Assembly: GCA_029776225.1 (NCBI GenBank)
Contig: JAKOTR010000043.1
Span: forward strand, 39,195 to 103,194
From: Acidobacteriota bacterium
GTDB taxonomy: Bacteria; Acidobacteriota; Terriglobia; Bryobacterales; Bryobacteraceae
Length of the DNA: 64,000 bases
Reading direction: 5' to 3'
Shown here: positions 18,631 to 28,342 of the stretch, piece by piece
Position numbering within the stretch: the first letter of the stretch is position 1
Layout of the letters: each line of letters opens with the position of its first letter
Translations under genes and position numbers: made by a program
Notes under the pieces: model-generated
The model's database searches: none
Told to the model about the DNA's origin: nothing
Seen by the model: only the letters and a program-made list of their open reading frames with translations

Positions 18631-20361
18631 TCAGTTCCTGTCAAGGCGGCTCAGTTCCTCTGTAATTCGCAAAGCTTCTTCCAGCATACCAGCACGCTCG
18701 GCTTCCTTGATCCGAGTCTTAAGCTCGCTCCGCCGCGCCTCGCGCTCCGCTTCTTCGAGCGTGCGGATGCAGGCCAGCGCCTGCTCCAGCGAATACTCCT
18801 CGTCTTCCGGCTTATCGGCGAAGACTACGGCCGCGAGCGCTTCCTTATCGGAATCGGCCAGCCGCGCCTCGAGTTCCGCGAACCGGAAAGGCGCGCCCGA
18901 TTCTTCGATTTGAATCAGCGTTTCGAAAATGCGCCGCGTTGCAAAACGCTTCCACTCGGAAATTCCCTTGAGTTTCGGCAATACCGCCTTCCGCACCTCT
19001 TCGCTCGCCAGCAGCGCGTTCAACAGAATTTGCTCCACCGGCCGCGGCAGCTCCCGGACTTTCTCCAGCGTCTCGCGCCGCCCCGCGGCAGCTTTGCGGA
19101 AATGCTCGAGCACGAGCCCGCGCTCGATGTGCAGATAGTTGGCCACCTCTTCGGCTATCGCCGCGCGCTCCAGTTTGTCGTTGACGCGCCGAATGGCCGG
19201 GAGCAGAAATTGCAGGCCCGCGATGCGCCCTTCCGCGGTCTGCATATCAAAGCGCGCCCGCGCCCGGTCCGCCAGCCATTGAAAATACCCCGGAGCTTGT
19301 TCCACCCGCGCGCGGTACATCTCCGCGCCGTTCTTCTTGATGTACTCGTCGGGGTCGTCGCCCCCTTCGAGTTCGAGAACGCGCACGCGCACATTCTCTT
19401 CCAGCAGGATTTCGATCGACCGCTCCGCCGCGGCCACGCCCGCCTGGTCGGGATCGAAATTTACGACCACGCGCTCGGTGTGCCGCCGCAGCGAGCGCAC
19501 CTGGTCCGATACCAGCGCCGTTCCGCAGGATGCCACCACCTCGCGCACGCCGGCCGCCCATACGCCGATCACATCCATGTATCCTTCGACCAGCACCGCG
19601 CGGTTCGATTTCCGGATCGCTTCTTTGGCGCGGTGCAGATTAAACAGGACACGCTTCTTGTGATAGATCTCCGTGTCCGAGGAGTTCAGGTATTTCGGCT
19701 CCTGGCCGTCGGCCAGCGCCCGCCCGCCGAAGGCGATCACTTTCCCCTGTTCGTTGTGTATGGGAAACATCAGCCGGCCGCGGAAGCGGTCGTAAAACCT
19801 GCCGTCCTCCTGGCGCCTGATCACCAGGCCGGACGCCTCCATCTGCTCGGCATTGAAACCTTCCTTTTCGAAGGCGCGGGTAAGCAGGTGGCCCGAGGCG
19901 TCCGCATAGCCGAGTTCAAACTCCTGAACGAGGGCGGCGCTCACTCCGCGTTTTGCCAGGTACGCGCGCGCGGCGGCGCCCTCGCTCGACCTCAACGCCG
20001 CCCGGAACAGGTCGCGCGCGATTTCGTGCATCCAGTACAGCGCCGCCCGCAGTTTCGTTTCGGGGTCCGAATACTCGGCGCGTTTCGGCATGGGAATGCC
20101 GTATCGCTCGGCCAGCGACTTCAGCGCCTCGTAGAACGTGAGCCCCTCGATCTCCATCACGAACTTGATCACGTCGCCGCCTGCGCCGCAGCCGAAGCAC
20201 TTGTAGAACTGGTGAACGCTGTGAACGCCGAAGGAAGGTGTTCTTTCCGTGTGGAACGGGCACAGCCCGATGTACCGCGTGCCCGCTTTGCGCAGGCGCA
20301 CATACTGCCCGACGACATCGACAATATCGATCGAGGACTTGAGCTGGTCGACGAAGTCCAT
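18631..20361 (-). CDS. dnaG: DNA primase DnaG
   Basis: Zinc-binding CPFHTERTPSF...CFGCGAGGD. Toprim EGYMDVI. dnaG-rpoD synteny. Confidence 0.9.
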   Translation of the reverse strand: MDFVDQLKSSIDIVDVVGQYVRLRKAGTRYIGLCPFHTERTPSFGVHSVHQFYKCFGCGAGGDVIKFVMEIEGLTFYEALKSLAERYGIPMPKRAEYSDPETKLRAALYWMHEIARDLFRAALRSSEGAAARAYLAKRGVSAALVQEFELGYADASGHLLTRAFEKEGFNAEQMEASGLVIRRQEDGRFYDRFRGRLMFPIHNEQGKVIAFGGRALADGQEPKYLNSSDTEIYHKKRVLFNLHRAKEAIRKSNRAVLVEGYMDVIGVWAAGVREVVASCGTALVSDQVRSLRRHTERVVVNFDPDQAGVAAAERSIEILLEENVRVRVLELEGGDDPDEYIKKNGAEMYRARVEQAPGYFQWLADRARARFDMQTAEGRIAGLQFLLPAIRRVNDKLERAAIAEEVANYLHIERGLVLEHFRKAAAGRRETLEKVRELPRPVEQILLNALLASEEVRKAVLPKLKGISEWKRFATRRIFETLIQIEESGAPFRFAELEARLADSDKEALAAVVFADKPEDEEYSLEQALACIRTLEEAEREARRSELKTRIKEAERAGMLEEALRITEELSRLDRN

Positions 20362-20487
20362 GTGACGCGCTTTTCATCGTAACGCACGCGAAACGGTGGA
20401 ACTACCGCCCGCGGGACGCCGTTCATCCGGGTGTAAAATGGACTCAACACTGGAAAGGTCTGGGGCGAACGATTCCGAGGGGCGATC

Positions 20488-21663
20488 ATGCGGCATTCGA
20501 ACGCACCGAAAAGCGCGACTTCCCACGAAACTGTCCCCCGATATTACGAATGGAAAGTTGAGGGGCGTGTTCCGTCGATTCAGCTAAGCCTGGCCGTTGT
20601 TGAGCGAATGGAAGCCGACATCATGAAAGGCTTCTGGGCCGTCCCCAAGCGCGGCATGGAGGTGGGCGGCGTCCTCCTCGGACGCGTCGAAACGAACGGC
20701 GATCCGGTGGTCATTGTCGACGACTATGAGGCCGTTCCCTGCGAACACCGGCGCGGTCCTTCCTACGTGCTTTCCGAACCCGACCGCAAGCGGCTCGAAA
20801 AGGTGCTGCGGCGGGCAACCGGGAGCAAGCAGGTCGTGGGTTTCTACCGCAGCCACACGCGTCTCGGGCTCTATCTCGACCAGGACGACATGGCCGTGAT
20901 CGACAACTACTTCGCCGGCCCGAACCATGTTTTTCTCCTCGTCCGGCCGGACGCCACCAAGCCGGGCGCGGCTGGCTTCTTCATCCGCGAGGAAGGGGAT
21001 ATACACAGACAGTCCACCTACCTGGAATTCCCGTTCAGCCGCAGGGAGCTCCTGAAACAGAGCGGGGCCGCGATCGAGCAATTGGAAGAACCCGCTCCCG
21101 CGCCGCCGCCGCCCCCTACGCGGATTTCACTCCCGCGTCCTGTCGCGCTGCCCGCACTACCGCTGCGCATGCCGCGGGTGAAGTGGGGGCTGGTTGGAAA
21201 GATCGCGGCGGGCCTGGCCGCATTCGCCTTCCTCGAATACCAGGTGCTCACTCAGACCCGCTCTCCGGAAATTGTTCTTGTGGACTTCGCACCCTCGCTT
21301 TCGGTTGCGCCGAGCGGCGCCTACCTGCAAGTGAGCTGGAACCGCAACGCCCCGGCGGTGCTCAAGGCGGAACGCGGCATCCTGCACATTACCGAAGGCG
21401 GATTCCGGAAAGAATTGAACCTGGACGAACAGCAGCTCCGCACCGGCGCGGTGATCTACGCGCCCCGAAGCAACGAGGTGAACTTCCGGCTCGACCTTCT
21501 GAAAGGGCGGACAACGGTGACCGAATCGCTGCACTTCCTTTCGGCGCGCAAAGAGCCGGTGGAGGTTGCCGCGGCGCCCCCGCCGGAAGAGCCCAAGAAG
21601 CCCAGCTCCGTGGAGGTCAAAACGCCGCCGCGGCAGCGGGTGTTTTTCGATGACGGCCTGTAA
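20488..21663 (+). CDS. MPN/JAMM-like domain protein with one TM segment and long C-terminal extension; JAMM metal motif degenerate
   Basis: EVGGVLLG...VVGFYRSHTRLGLYLDQDD resembles the MPN fold but has HxR in place of HxH. Hydrophobic segment WGLVGKIAAGLAAFAFL. Confidence 0.5.
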   Translation: MRHSNAPKSATSHETVPRYYEWKVEGRVPSIQLSLAVVERMEADIMKGFWAVPKRGMEVGGVLLGRVETNGDPVVIVDDYEAVPCEHRRGPSYVLSEPDRKRLEKVLRRATGSKQVVGFYRSHTRLGLYLDQDDMAVIDNYFAGPNHVFLLVRPDATKPGAAGFFIREEGDIHRQSTYLEFPFSRRELLKQSGAAIEQLEEPAPAPPPPPTRISLPRPVALPALPLRMPRVKWGLVGKIAAGLAAFAFLEYQVLTQTRSPEIVLVDFAPSLSVAPSGAYLQVSWNRNAPAVLKAERGILHITEGGFRKELNLDEQQLRTGAVIYAPRSNEVNFRLDLLKGRTTVTESLHFLSARKEPVEVAAAPPPEEPKKPSSVEVKTPPRQRVFFDDGL

Positions 21664-21699
21664 TCGCGGCGCAAACGCCGCGTGATCGAGGGCGGGGAA

Positions 21700-23349
21700 C
21701 TACCCCAGTTGAACCAGGACCGGCTTTTCGGTCTTCAGCCCCAGCATCTCCAACTGCTTCTCGAACGGCATCGAATACTTGCGCTCGATCTTTTCCCGGT
21801 AGGTCGGCCCGGCGTTGTAGGCGCAGAACGGATAGATCAACCCGTTCGGGGCCGCATAGTGGATCACGCAGCGCTTCACCCGCTCGATGTCGTAGTTGTA
21901 GGCATCCATGAAGTGCATGCCCGCAACCATCAGCGTCTTGTAGGTGTAGCCTTGCTCCTCCATCTTGCCGCGGCCGTATTCCTTGTCCATCAGCCCCTGA
22001 AGCGTCTCCAGGAATTTGGCGAACGTAAGGCCCTCGGGCGCGCGGTCCTCGTGATAGTGCTTGCGCAGCGAGTTCCACGCCTTCATCTTGGAGAAGAACT
22101 TGATCCGCTGTTTGCCGAGGGTCCGCGACATCATGTCGAGATCCTGGAGAAACGCGCCGATGTCGACAAACCGGGTGATCGGCGTGGCCTTCTTGTTCTT
22201 GTCCACGAAGAGGTAGGTGCCCATCGAACAGTGCGGGTTCGGCGTCAGAGTGGGAATTTCCTCTCCGCGCAGCGCGCCGAGGAACTTGGAGAACGGCGCC
22301 ACGCAGGACAGCGGGAACCAGTCGTCGAACGGATCGCAGATGCCCGTCTGCTCGTGCACCGCCCGCGCTACGTCCGACATCGTGAACCGCTTGGCCTCCA
22401 GCTCCTTGCGCGAAATCCGCCCCGTGAAGGAAACCGGCTGGTAGCTGATGGCGCTCACCACGTCGATATTCTCCAGAGCGAGCCGGAGAATGTCGCCGAT
22501 CTGGTGATCGTTGAATCCCTTCACGATCGTCGGCACGAAGCAGATCTTCATCCCGGCCTTGCGGACGTTCTCGATGCACTTGAGTTTCTTGTCCAGCAGG
22601 GACTCGCCGCGGGTGCGCTGGTAGATGTCCTCGCAAACGCCGTCGAACTGAAGGTACAGCGTGTGCAGGCCGGCCTCTTTCGCCTTCATGGCGAACTCGA
22701 GGTCCGTGAACATGATGCCGTTGGTGGCGCACTGGATGTGCGAGAAGCCCATCTCCTTGGCCATCCTCAGGACTTCGAAGAAGTGCGGATAGATGGTCGG
22801 TTCGCCGCCTGAGAACTGTACGATGCGGTTCGCTACCGGTTTTTCGTTGCGGAGCGCGGTGAGCATGCGGCGGACCTGCTCCAGGCTCGGCTCATAGAGG
22901 TACCCTGCCGCGTTGGCATTGGCGAAGCAGACCGGGCAGGTCAGGTTGCAGCGGTTCGTCAGGTCCACGTTCGAGAGCACCGTGTGGCTCATGTGCATCG
23001 AGCACAGGCCGCACTGGTCCGGGCAGCGGCTCGCGTTGGGAATCGCCGGGTTGCTGACCCCCCGGTTGTCTCCGAAGCTCCAGTTCTCCATCTTGAGATA
23101 CAGCCGGACGTCCGAGTAGACCATGTCCTTGAAATAGCCGTGCTGCGGGCAGGTCTTCTCCATCATGACCTTCCCGTCCTCCTCGAACACCCGGGCGTCA
23201 ATGACCCGTATACACTCCGGGCACAGCGACTGCGTAATCTTCGGCAGACCGCGGCGGATCGGCTCGATCGGCGAGCCTCCGAAGGTGGTTTCCGGCTGGA
23301 TGATCTTGAAATCCTTCGCTGTCTCCGGCGAAAAGGTTTGGGTACTCAA
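21700..23349 (-). CDS. Radical SAM protein with N-terminal Cys-rich/zinc-ribbon region and tandem CX3CX2C motifs; candidate tetraether/membrane-spanning lipid synthase (Tes/GDGT-MAS)-like
   Basis: CPEC...CPQH, then CPDQCGLC and CNLTCPVC 20 aa apart. VQFSGGEPTIYPHF SAM motif. TTG start with AGGAGG 8 nt upstream. Confidence 0.7.
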   Translation of the reverse strand: MSTQTFSPETAKDFKIIQPETTFGGSPIEPIRRGLPKITQSLCPECIRVIDARVFEEDGKVMMEKTCPQHGYFKDMVYSDVRLYLKMENWSFGDNRGVSNPAIPNASRCPDQCGLCSMHMSHTVLSNVDLTNRCNLTCPVCFANANAAGYLYEPSLEQVRRMLTALRNEKPVANRIVQFSGGEPTIYPHFFEVLRMAKEMGFSHIQCATNGIMFTDLEFAMKAKEAGLHTLYLQFDGVCEDIYQRTRGESLLDKKLKCIENVRKAGMKICFVPTIVKGFNDHQIGDILRLALENIDVVSAISYQPVSFTGRISRKELEAKRFTMSDVARAVHEQTGICDPFDDWFPLSCVAPFSKFLGALRGEEIPTLTPNPHCSMGTYLFVDKNKKATPITRFVDIGAFLQDLDMMSRTLGKQRIKFFSKMKAWNSLRKHYHEDRAPEGLTFAKFLETLQGLMDKEYGRGKMEEQGYTYKTLMVAGMHFMDAYNYDIERVKRCVIHYAAPNGLIYPFCAYNAGPTYREKIERKYSMPFEKQLEMLGLKTEKPVLVQLG

Positions 23350-23515
23350 TGCTTACGTCCTCCTGGAACTTCGTCTTGGACAGGGCCAGTGTGATTATAA
23401 GGATAACAAGATCCTCTATACACCATAAGTACAGCAGAATGCGAGGTTTCCCGGTTGTACGGTGATATTTGGGATTGAACGGGGCGCCCCTCCGGCGGAA
23501 GCGCCCCCGCTGCGG

Positions 23516-24016
23516 CTAGGACACTGCTTTCCGTTTCACCGGAATGTAGAGAAACATGGGGCCGCCGGCGTCGAACTCCGGCGTGTAGTACTCAAAGCAG
23601 GGATGCGTCGCGCACTCGCACCCGGCTGGACCGCAGTACGGCTCCCACTCCGTGAGCCGGCTGAGCGTTTCCGGCGCTGAGCCCCATGCCTGGCCCAGTT
23701 CCCCCAGCCCGGAGACCGGGATCACCACGTAATCACCCCGGGGGATATCGACCGCCACCATCCCGGCCGGCGGCGCCGCGCCCGGTTTGGCCTCCACCGC
23801 GGCCACGTACTCGAACGTGCCGTCCCTGGCTCCGGGGACGCAGCGGCATATCCCGAACGCGGCGGGGCGCTCCGGCATGTCGATTTCATGCCGCCGCGGC
23901 ATAAACTGCTGTTCCCACAACCGTGCGACCTCCTGGTTTTCGTTCTTGCCGGTATAGGACAACCCGATAATGCGGCATGGCCCGAATTCTTTGATTTCGA
24001 CCTGACCCTGGCTCAT
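23516..24016 (-). CDS. GyrI-like small-molecule-binding domain protein
   Basis: IKEFGPCRIIGLSYTG...WEPY...FEYY pattern typical of GyrI-like/AraC effector domains. ATG 24016 with GGAGGG RBS preferred over the ORF's TTG at 24031. Confidence 0.55.
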   Translation of the reverse strand: MSQGQVEIKEFGPCRIIGLSYTGKNENQEVARLWEQQFMPRRHEIDMPERPAAFGICRCVPGARDGTFEYVAAVEAKPGAAPPAGMVAVDIPRGDYVVIPVSGLGELGQAWGSAPETLSRLTEWEPYCGPAGCECATHPCFEYYTPEFDAGGPMFLYIPVKRKAVS

Positions 24017-24100
24017 TGGAAGACCCTCCAAGAGCCACTGTGGGCGAAAAGGAGGCGAAAATCAAGGGGAAAATACACTGCCCGGCGGGCCGGCCGGCTA

Positions 24101-25702
24101 TCAAGCCAGCCGGACTATCGCCGTGCTCATCGATATCGGCGGCAGATTGAGCCGGACGCGCGAGCCTTCCACCGACACCGGGTGGTCCTTCGGCACGATC
24201 ACGTTCGGATTTTCGAAGGTATTGCAGGCGTTGTAGTCCGGATGGGAGAGCAGTTGCGCCTTCGCGGAGACCGCCGAAGCGCCCACCAGCGCGCAGTCCA
24301 CCCTCATCTCCACGTCGTGCTTCGGGTTGCAGAAGGTGAGCACCAGTTCGTTATCCTTCCGCGAGGCCGATACCGAAATGCCCAGCGGCGAGGTGTCGTT
24401 CGTCTCCACCCGCAGCGCGGTCTTCGAGCGGTGCGGCTTCTGCAGCAGGAACGCGTAGTAGCTGGAAGTCCGGACGCAGTTGTTCCGGTGGGCCAGGATA
24501 ACGGAATGGAGCACGTTCACCGTCTGCGCGATGTTGCACATGTAGAGCTTGTCGGCCTGGCGGTGGAACACGTTCAGTCCCATTCCCGCCGCCACCGCGC
24601 TGCGCATTGTGCTCTGCATCCAGAGCCGGCCGTAGGTCTTTTCCTCCTCCGGAACCATTCGGTCCCACACGCCCCACTCGTCCACGAGCAGGTGGACCTG
24701 GGGCCGCGGCCGGCCGGGCGCCGTCTGCGCGCGCACGTAGCTGTCCAGAAGCCCGCGCTGCACCACGATGGCATTTTCCAGTTCCGCGAACGAGGACAAT
24801 TGCTCCCGCATGTTCTCGACGGTGAACTTTGTGGGCACGTCCCTGCCGTTCGAGTAGAAGTGCATCGCCCAGCCGTGCGGGTACAAGCCGGGTCCGCCGC
24901 GCGCCGAGAGAGCGTCAAAGAACCGGCGCGTCCAGTTCACATCGTTGCGGTTCGGCCCGCAGGCGATCATGAACGGGCGCGTTCCCCCGAAGTCCCGGAC
25001 GTAGGTGCGGAACCGGCGGTAGAGGTCGGCGTAATACTCCGGAGTCATGTTGCCTCCGCAGCCCCAGTTTTCGTTGCCGACGCCCCAATATCGCACGTTG
25101 AACGGCTCGGGAGAACCGTTCGCGGCGCGCTCGTCGGAAAGCGTGCTTCCGGAGGGATAGTTGCAGTACTCGACCCAGTCGCGCAGTTCCTGGGGGGTGC
25201 CGCTGCCGACGTTACCGGCCAGGTAGGGTTCCGCGCCGATGAGCCGGCACAGCCGGATAAACTCGTGCGTGCCGAAGCTGTTGTCTTCCGTGTAGTTGCC
25301 CCAGTGGATGTTGACCGTCTTCGGGCGTTTGTCGGCGGGGCCGATGCCGTCGCGCCAGTGATAATCGTCGGCAAAGCAGCCGCCCGGCCAGCGGAGCACC
25401 GGAATGCCGAGCTCCTTAAGCCAGTCGACCGCCTGTTTGCGGAAGCCCTCGACGTTAGGAACCGAAGAGTCCTTCCCTACCCAGAGACCGCCGTAGACGC
25501 AACTGCCCAGATGCTCGGCGAACGACCCGTGGAGCAGCGGGCTGATGGTTCCGATCTCGGCGGTGGCGTGGACGGCCACGCGCTGGTCCTGAGCTGGAGC
25601 CGAAAAGCCCTTGCGGGAGGTGATCACGGAGAAAAGCGCTGCGCCAGCGCCGCCGGCAAAGGCACGGCGGGAAAGAGTCTTATTCATAAGCCACCTCTTC
25701 AT
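24101..25702 (-). CDS. Alpha-L-arabinofuranosidase (GH51), Tat signal
   Basis: LRWPGGCFADDYHWRDGIGP and NENWGCGG motifs. SRRAFAGGAGAALF Tat signal. Start ATG 25702 or 25687, duplicated by a 15-bp tandem repeat. Confidence 0.8.
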   Translation of the reverse strand: MKRWLMNKTLSRRAFAGGAGAALFSVITSRKGFSAPAQDQRVAVHATAEIGTISPLLHGSFAEHLGSCVYGGLWVGKDSSVPNVEGFRKQAVDWLKELGIPVLRWPGGCFADDYHWRDGIGPADKRPKTVNIHWGNYTEDNSFGTHEFIRLCRLIGAEPYLAGNVGSGTPQELRDWVEYCNYPSGSTLSDERAANGSPEPFNVRYWGVGNENWGCGGNMTPEYYADLYRRFRTYVRDFGGTRPFMIACGPNRNDVNWTRRFFDALSARGGPGLYPHGWAMHFYSNGRDVPTKFTVENMREQLSSFAELENAIVVQRGLLDSYVRAQTAPGRPRPQVHLLVDEWGVWDRMVPEEEKTYGRLWMQSTMRSAVAAGMGLNVFHRQADKLYMCNIAQTVNVLHSVILAHRNNCVRTSSYYAFLLQKPHRSKTALRVETNDTSPLGISVSASRKDNELVLTFCNPKHDVEMRVDCALVGASAVSAKAQLLSHPDYNACNTFENPNVIVPKDHPVSVEGSRVRLNLPPISMSTAIVRLA

Positions 25703-26059
25703 AAGCCACCTCGCTGAAATTGAGAGCGGCTCGCGCCGTCCTGAAATCGGATCGAGTATATTGCAATGGCGGCCAGCCGTGCAAGCGCTTTCAGCGCCCT
25801 TTTCGCCCGAGTTCTGCCCGCCGGTCATCGTCGCCAGGGGAATTGGAATGAAGTGTTGAGGGAGATGGGAGAAGGCCGAGGTGGCCGGCGAGTGCGCCGC
25901 CTGCGTGCCGGCCCGAAAACCTCCTGACTAAACCGTCCGCAACTCATCACCGGCCGGTTTGCTCCTGTGCGCGTTCGCTATTGATGGGTGACGGTCCTGC
26001 CCGGGACTGCACGGAAGCGTGCTCTGCCGCGTCTTGCTGGTGTGGGAGAATTTGGTTGT

Positions 26060-26686
26060 ATGCGCGTCTGGCTTGCTGGAGCGGTTCTCGCGCTGGCGGG
26101 ACAGGCGTGTGCGGGAGAGTACGCGGTTTTGTCCAACGGCTTCGTGCTCCGGATAGAGCGGCACGAAACCGCGGGGTCCTTCGTCCGCCTTTATGCGAAC
26201 GGCGGATTCATGGAACTGCCGGCCTCTGAAGTAGTCCGCTTCGAGCCGGAATATGTCCCCAAGGAAACCACGCCCGTAGCCGCAGCAGATCCCGCGCCGG
26301 CGAATCCCGAGCAACTGATCGACGAGGCCGCCCGGCGCCACGGACTGCCGGCATCCTTTGTGCGTAGCGTCGCGAAGGCCGAATCCGGGTTGCGCCAGGA
26401 CGCAGTCTCCCCGAAGGGGGCTATCGGCATTATGCAGCTCATGCCGGAGACGGCCCGCATGCTCGGAGCCGATCCGGCGGATCCGCGGCAGAACGTGGAC
26501 GCGGGCACACGCTATCTCCGGGAGCTGCTCATCAAATATAAAGACGATCCCTACCAGTTGCGGAAGGCGCTTGCGGCCTACAACGCCGGGCCGGGAGCGG
26601 TGGAGCGCTACAACGGCGTCCCGCCCTATCGCGAGACGATCAAGTACGTCGAGCGCGTGATCAAGCAGGCCGGTTTGGGAAAATAG
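26060..26686 (+). CDS. Lytic transglycosylase (SLT domain) protein
   Basis: AKAESGLRQDAVSPKGAIGIMQLMPETA...AYNAGPGAV SLT motifs. Signal peptide. Confidence 0.75.
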   Translation: MRVWLAGAVLALAGQACAGEYAVLSNGFVLRIERHETAGSFVRLYANGGFMELPASEVVRFEPEYVPKETTPVAAADPAPANPEQLIDEAARRHGLPASFVRSVAKAESGLRQDAVSPKGAIGIMQLMPETARMLGADPADPRQNVDAGTRYLRELLIKYKDDPYQLRKALAAYNAGPGAVERYNGVPPYRETIKYVERVIKQAGLGK

Positions 26687-26749
26687 CCCCCCGAAGTCGG
26701 GGAAAGGCCGCCCGAAAGCCTCTGATATACTGGCAACAGAGCTTTTTTT

Positions 26750-28003
26750 ATGAGCAGCCGCTTAAGAAACCGCGTGGTGGTAGTGTCCACGGTTCTGGTC
26801 GCCGTGCTGTTGATGGGCGCTTTGCTGGGCAAGAGCGCCGCCGAAGACGGGGCTTACAGACAACTTGCTGTCTACACCGAAGTGCTGTCGCACATCAAGA
26901 GCGACTACGTCGAGGAACCGGACCTGAAAAGCGTGACTTTGGGAGCGGTGAACGGCTTGCTCGAATCGATCGATCCGTTTGCCAGCTATCTGAACGCCGA
27001 GCAGTATAAGGAGTATCAGAAGAACAAGGGCACCCACCAGGGCGGAGTCGGGCTGGTGCTCTCCAAGCGATTCGGCTACGTGGGAGTGGTGGCCGCCATA
27101 CCCGGATCGCCCGCGGCGAAAGCCGGCCTGACCACCGGCGACATGGTGGAGAGCATCAACGGCGTCGCCACACGCGACATGCCGCTGGCATATGCGGAGT
27201 TGCTCCTGCAAGGCAAGCCGGGCACGACGGTGGAACTCTCGGTGCTTTCCGTCCGCCACCCCGAACCCAAGAAGATCACGCTCACGCGGGCGGTGATCGA
27301 GTACCCGAAGGTCGAGTCCAAGATGCTTCCGGGCGAGATCGGGTATCTGAAGGTCCAGGCGATGGTGCCGGGCACCGCCGCGGACCTGGCCGCCGCCATC
27401 AAGAAACTTGAGCAGGAGGGCGCCAAGAGGTTGATTCTGGACCTGCGGAATTCCGGCGCGGGCACGCCGGAGGAAGGGATACAGGCAGCCAACCTCTTTC
27501 AGGAGAGCGGCCTGATTTCGTACCTGCAGGGCCAGAGGGTGCCGCGCCGTGACTTTGAGGCGGATCCCGCCAAAGCCGTCACGAAGCTGCCCATGGTCGT
27601 GCTGACCAACCGCGGAACGGCCAACGGCGCTGAAATCGTTGCGGCTGCTCTGCTCGAGAGCAAACGCGCCGAAGTCGTGGGCGAGCGCACCTACGGCGAT
27701 GCAGCGCTTCGCCGCCCCATCCCGATGGACGACGGCGGCGCGATCATTCTCTCAGTGGCGAAGTATTACTCGCCAGGCGGCAAGGCGATCCAGGACACCG
27801 GCGTGACGCCCACTCACCAGGTGAGCGAGTCCGAACCGCTGGGTGAGCCCGGCGAGGAAGAAGTGCCCGAGGAGGCGCTTCCACCCAGTTCGCCGGAAGA
27901 CGATCCAATTCTCAAGAAAGGAATTGAAGTCCTCACGAAGAACGCGCAGGCGAAGGATGATTCGCAGCGGGCTGCTCTGGCTGCGCCGCAGCCCGGACCG
28001 TAG
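26750..28003 (+). CDS. S41 family C-terminal processing peptidase (Ctp/Prc-like)
   Basis: PDZ domain (GLTTGDMVESINGV) and S41 catalytic region (VVLTNRGTANGAEIVAAAL). Confidence 0.85.
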   Translation: MSSRLRNRVVVVSTVLVAVLLMGALLGKSAAEDGAYRQLAVYTEVLSHIKSDYVEEPDLKSVTLGAVNGLLESIDPFASYLNAEQYKEYQKNKGTHQGGVGLVLSKRFGYVGVVAAIPGSPAAKAGLTTGDMVESINGVATRDMPLAYAELLLQGKPGTTVELSVLSVRHPEPKKITLTRAVIEYPKVESKMLPGEIGYLKVQAMVPGTAADLAAAIKKLEQEGAKRLILDLRNSGAGTPEEGIQAANLFQESGLISYLQGQRVPRRDFEADPAKAVTKLPMVVLTNRGTANGAEIVAAALLESKRAEVVGERTYGDAALRRPIPMDDGGAIILSVAKYYSPGGKAIQDTGVTPTHQVSESEPLGEPGEEEVPEEALPPSSPEDDPILKKGIEVLTKNAQAKDDSQRAALAAPQPGP

Positions 28004-28042
28004 CCGCAGCGCTCTTCTGGTTCTGACTCTTTGGATTCTGAT

Positions 28043-28321
28043 ATGCCGATTTACGAGTACAAATGCAGTAAATGTAATACCACCTTTGAAGTGTTGCAGA
28101 GGTTTACCGATCCTCCGCTGACGACCCACGATGGGTGCGGCGGCGCGGTAGAGCGTCTGATCTCTCCAGCCGGATTGCACTTCAAGGGAAGCGGCTGGTA
28201 CATCACCGATTACGCCCGCAAGTCTGGCGGCAACGGCGGTTCCGCGAAGAAGGGCGAGTCCAAAGAGCCCGCCGCAAAGAGTGAAAAAGCGGACGCCTCC
28301 GCCGAGTCTTCCAAGAGCTGA
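28043..28321 (+). CDS. FmdB-family zinc-ribbon protein
   Basis: MPIYEYKCSKCNTTFE...HDGCGG signature. Low-complexity K/E-rich C-terminal tail. Confidence 0.6.
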   Translation: MPIYEYKCSKCNTTFEVLQRFTDPPLTTHDGCGGAVERLISPAGLHFKGSGWYITDYARKSGGNGGSAKKGESKEPAAKSEKADASAESSKS

Positions 28322-28342
28322 GCGCGCTCCACGGATGGCGCG

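Noticed and set aside
18607-20382. 591-aa plus-strand ORF
   Set aside because: Antisense to dnaG.
23470-23515. GC-rich inverted repeat (GGGGCGC...GCGCCCC) downstream of the GyrI-like gene as a possible terminator
   Set aside because: No following U-tract on the transcribed strand; cannot support an intrinsic terminator from sequence alone.
23888-25717. 609-aa plus-strand ORF
   Set aside because: Antisense to the GH51 arabinofuranosidase gene. Arg/Ala/Gly-rich junk translation.
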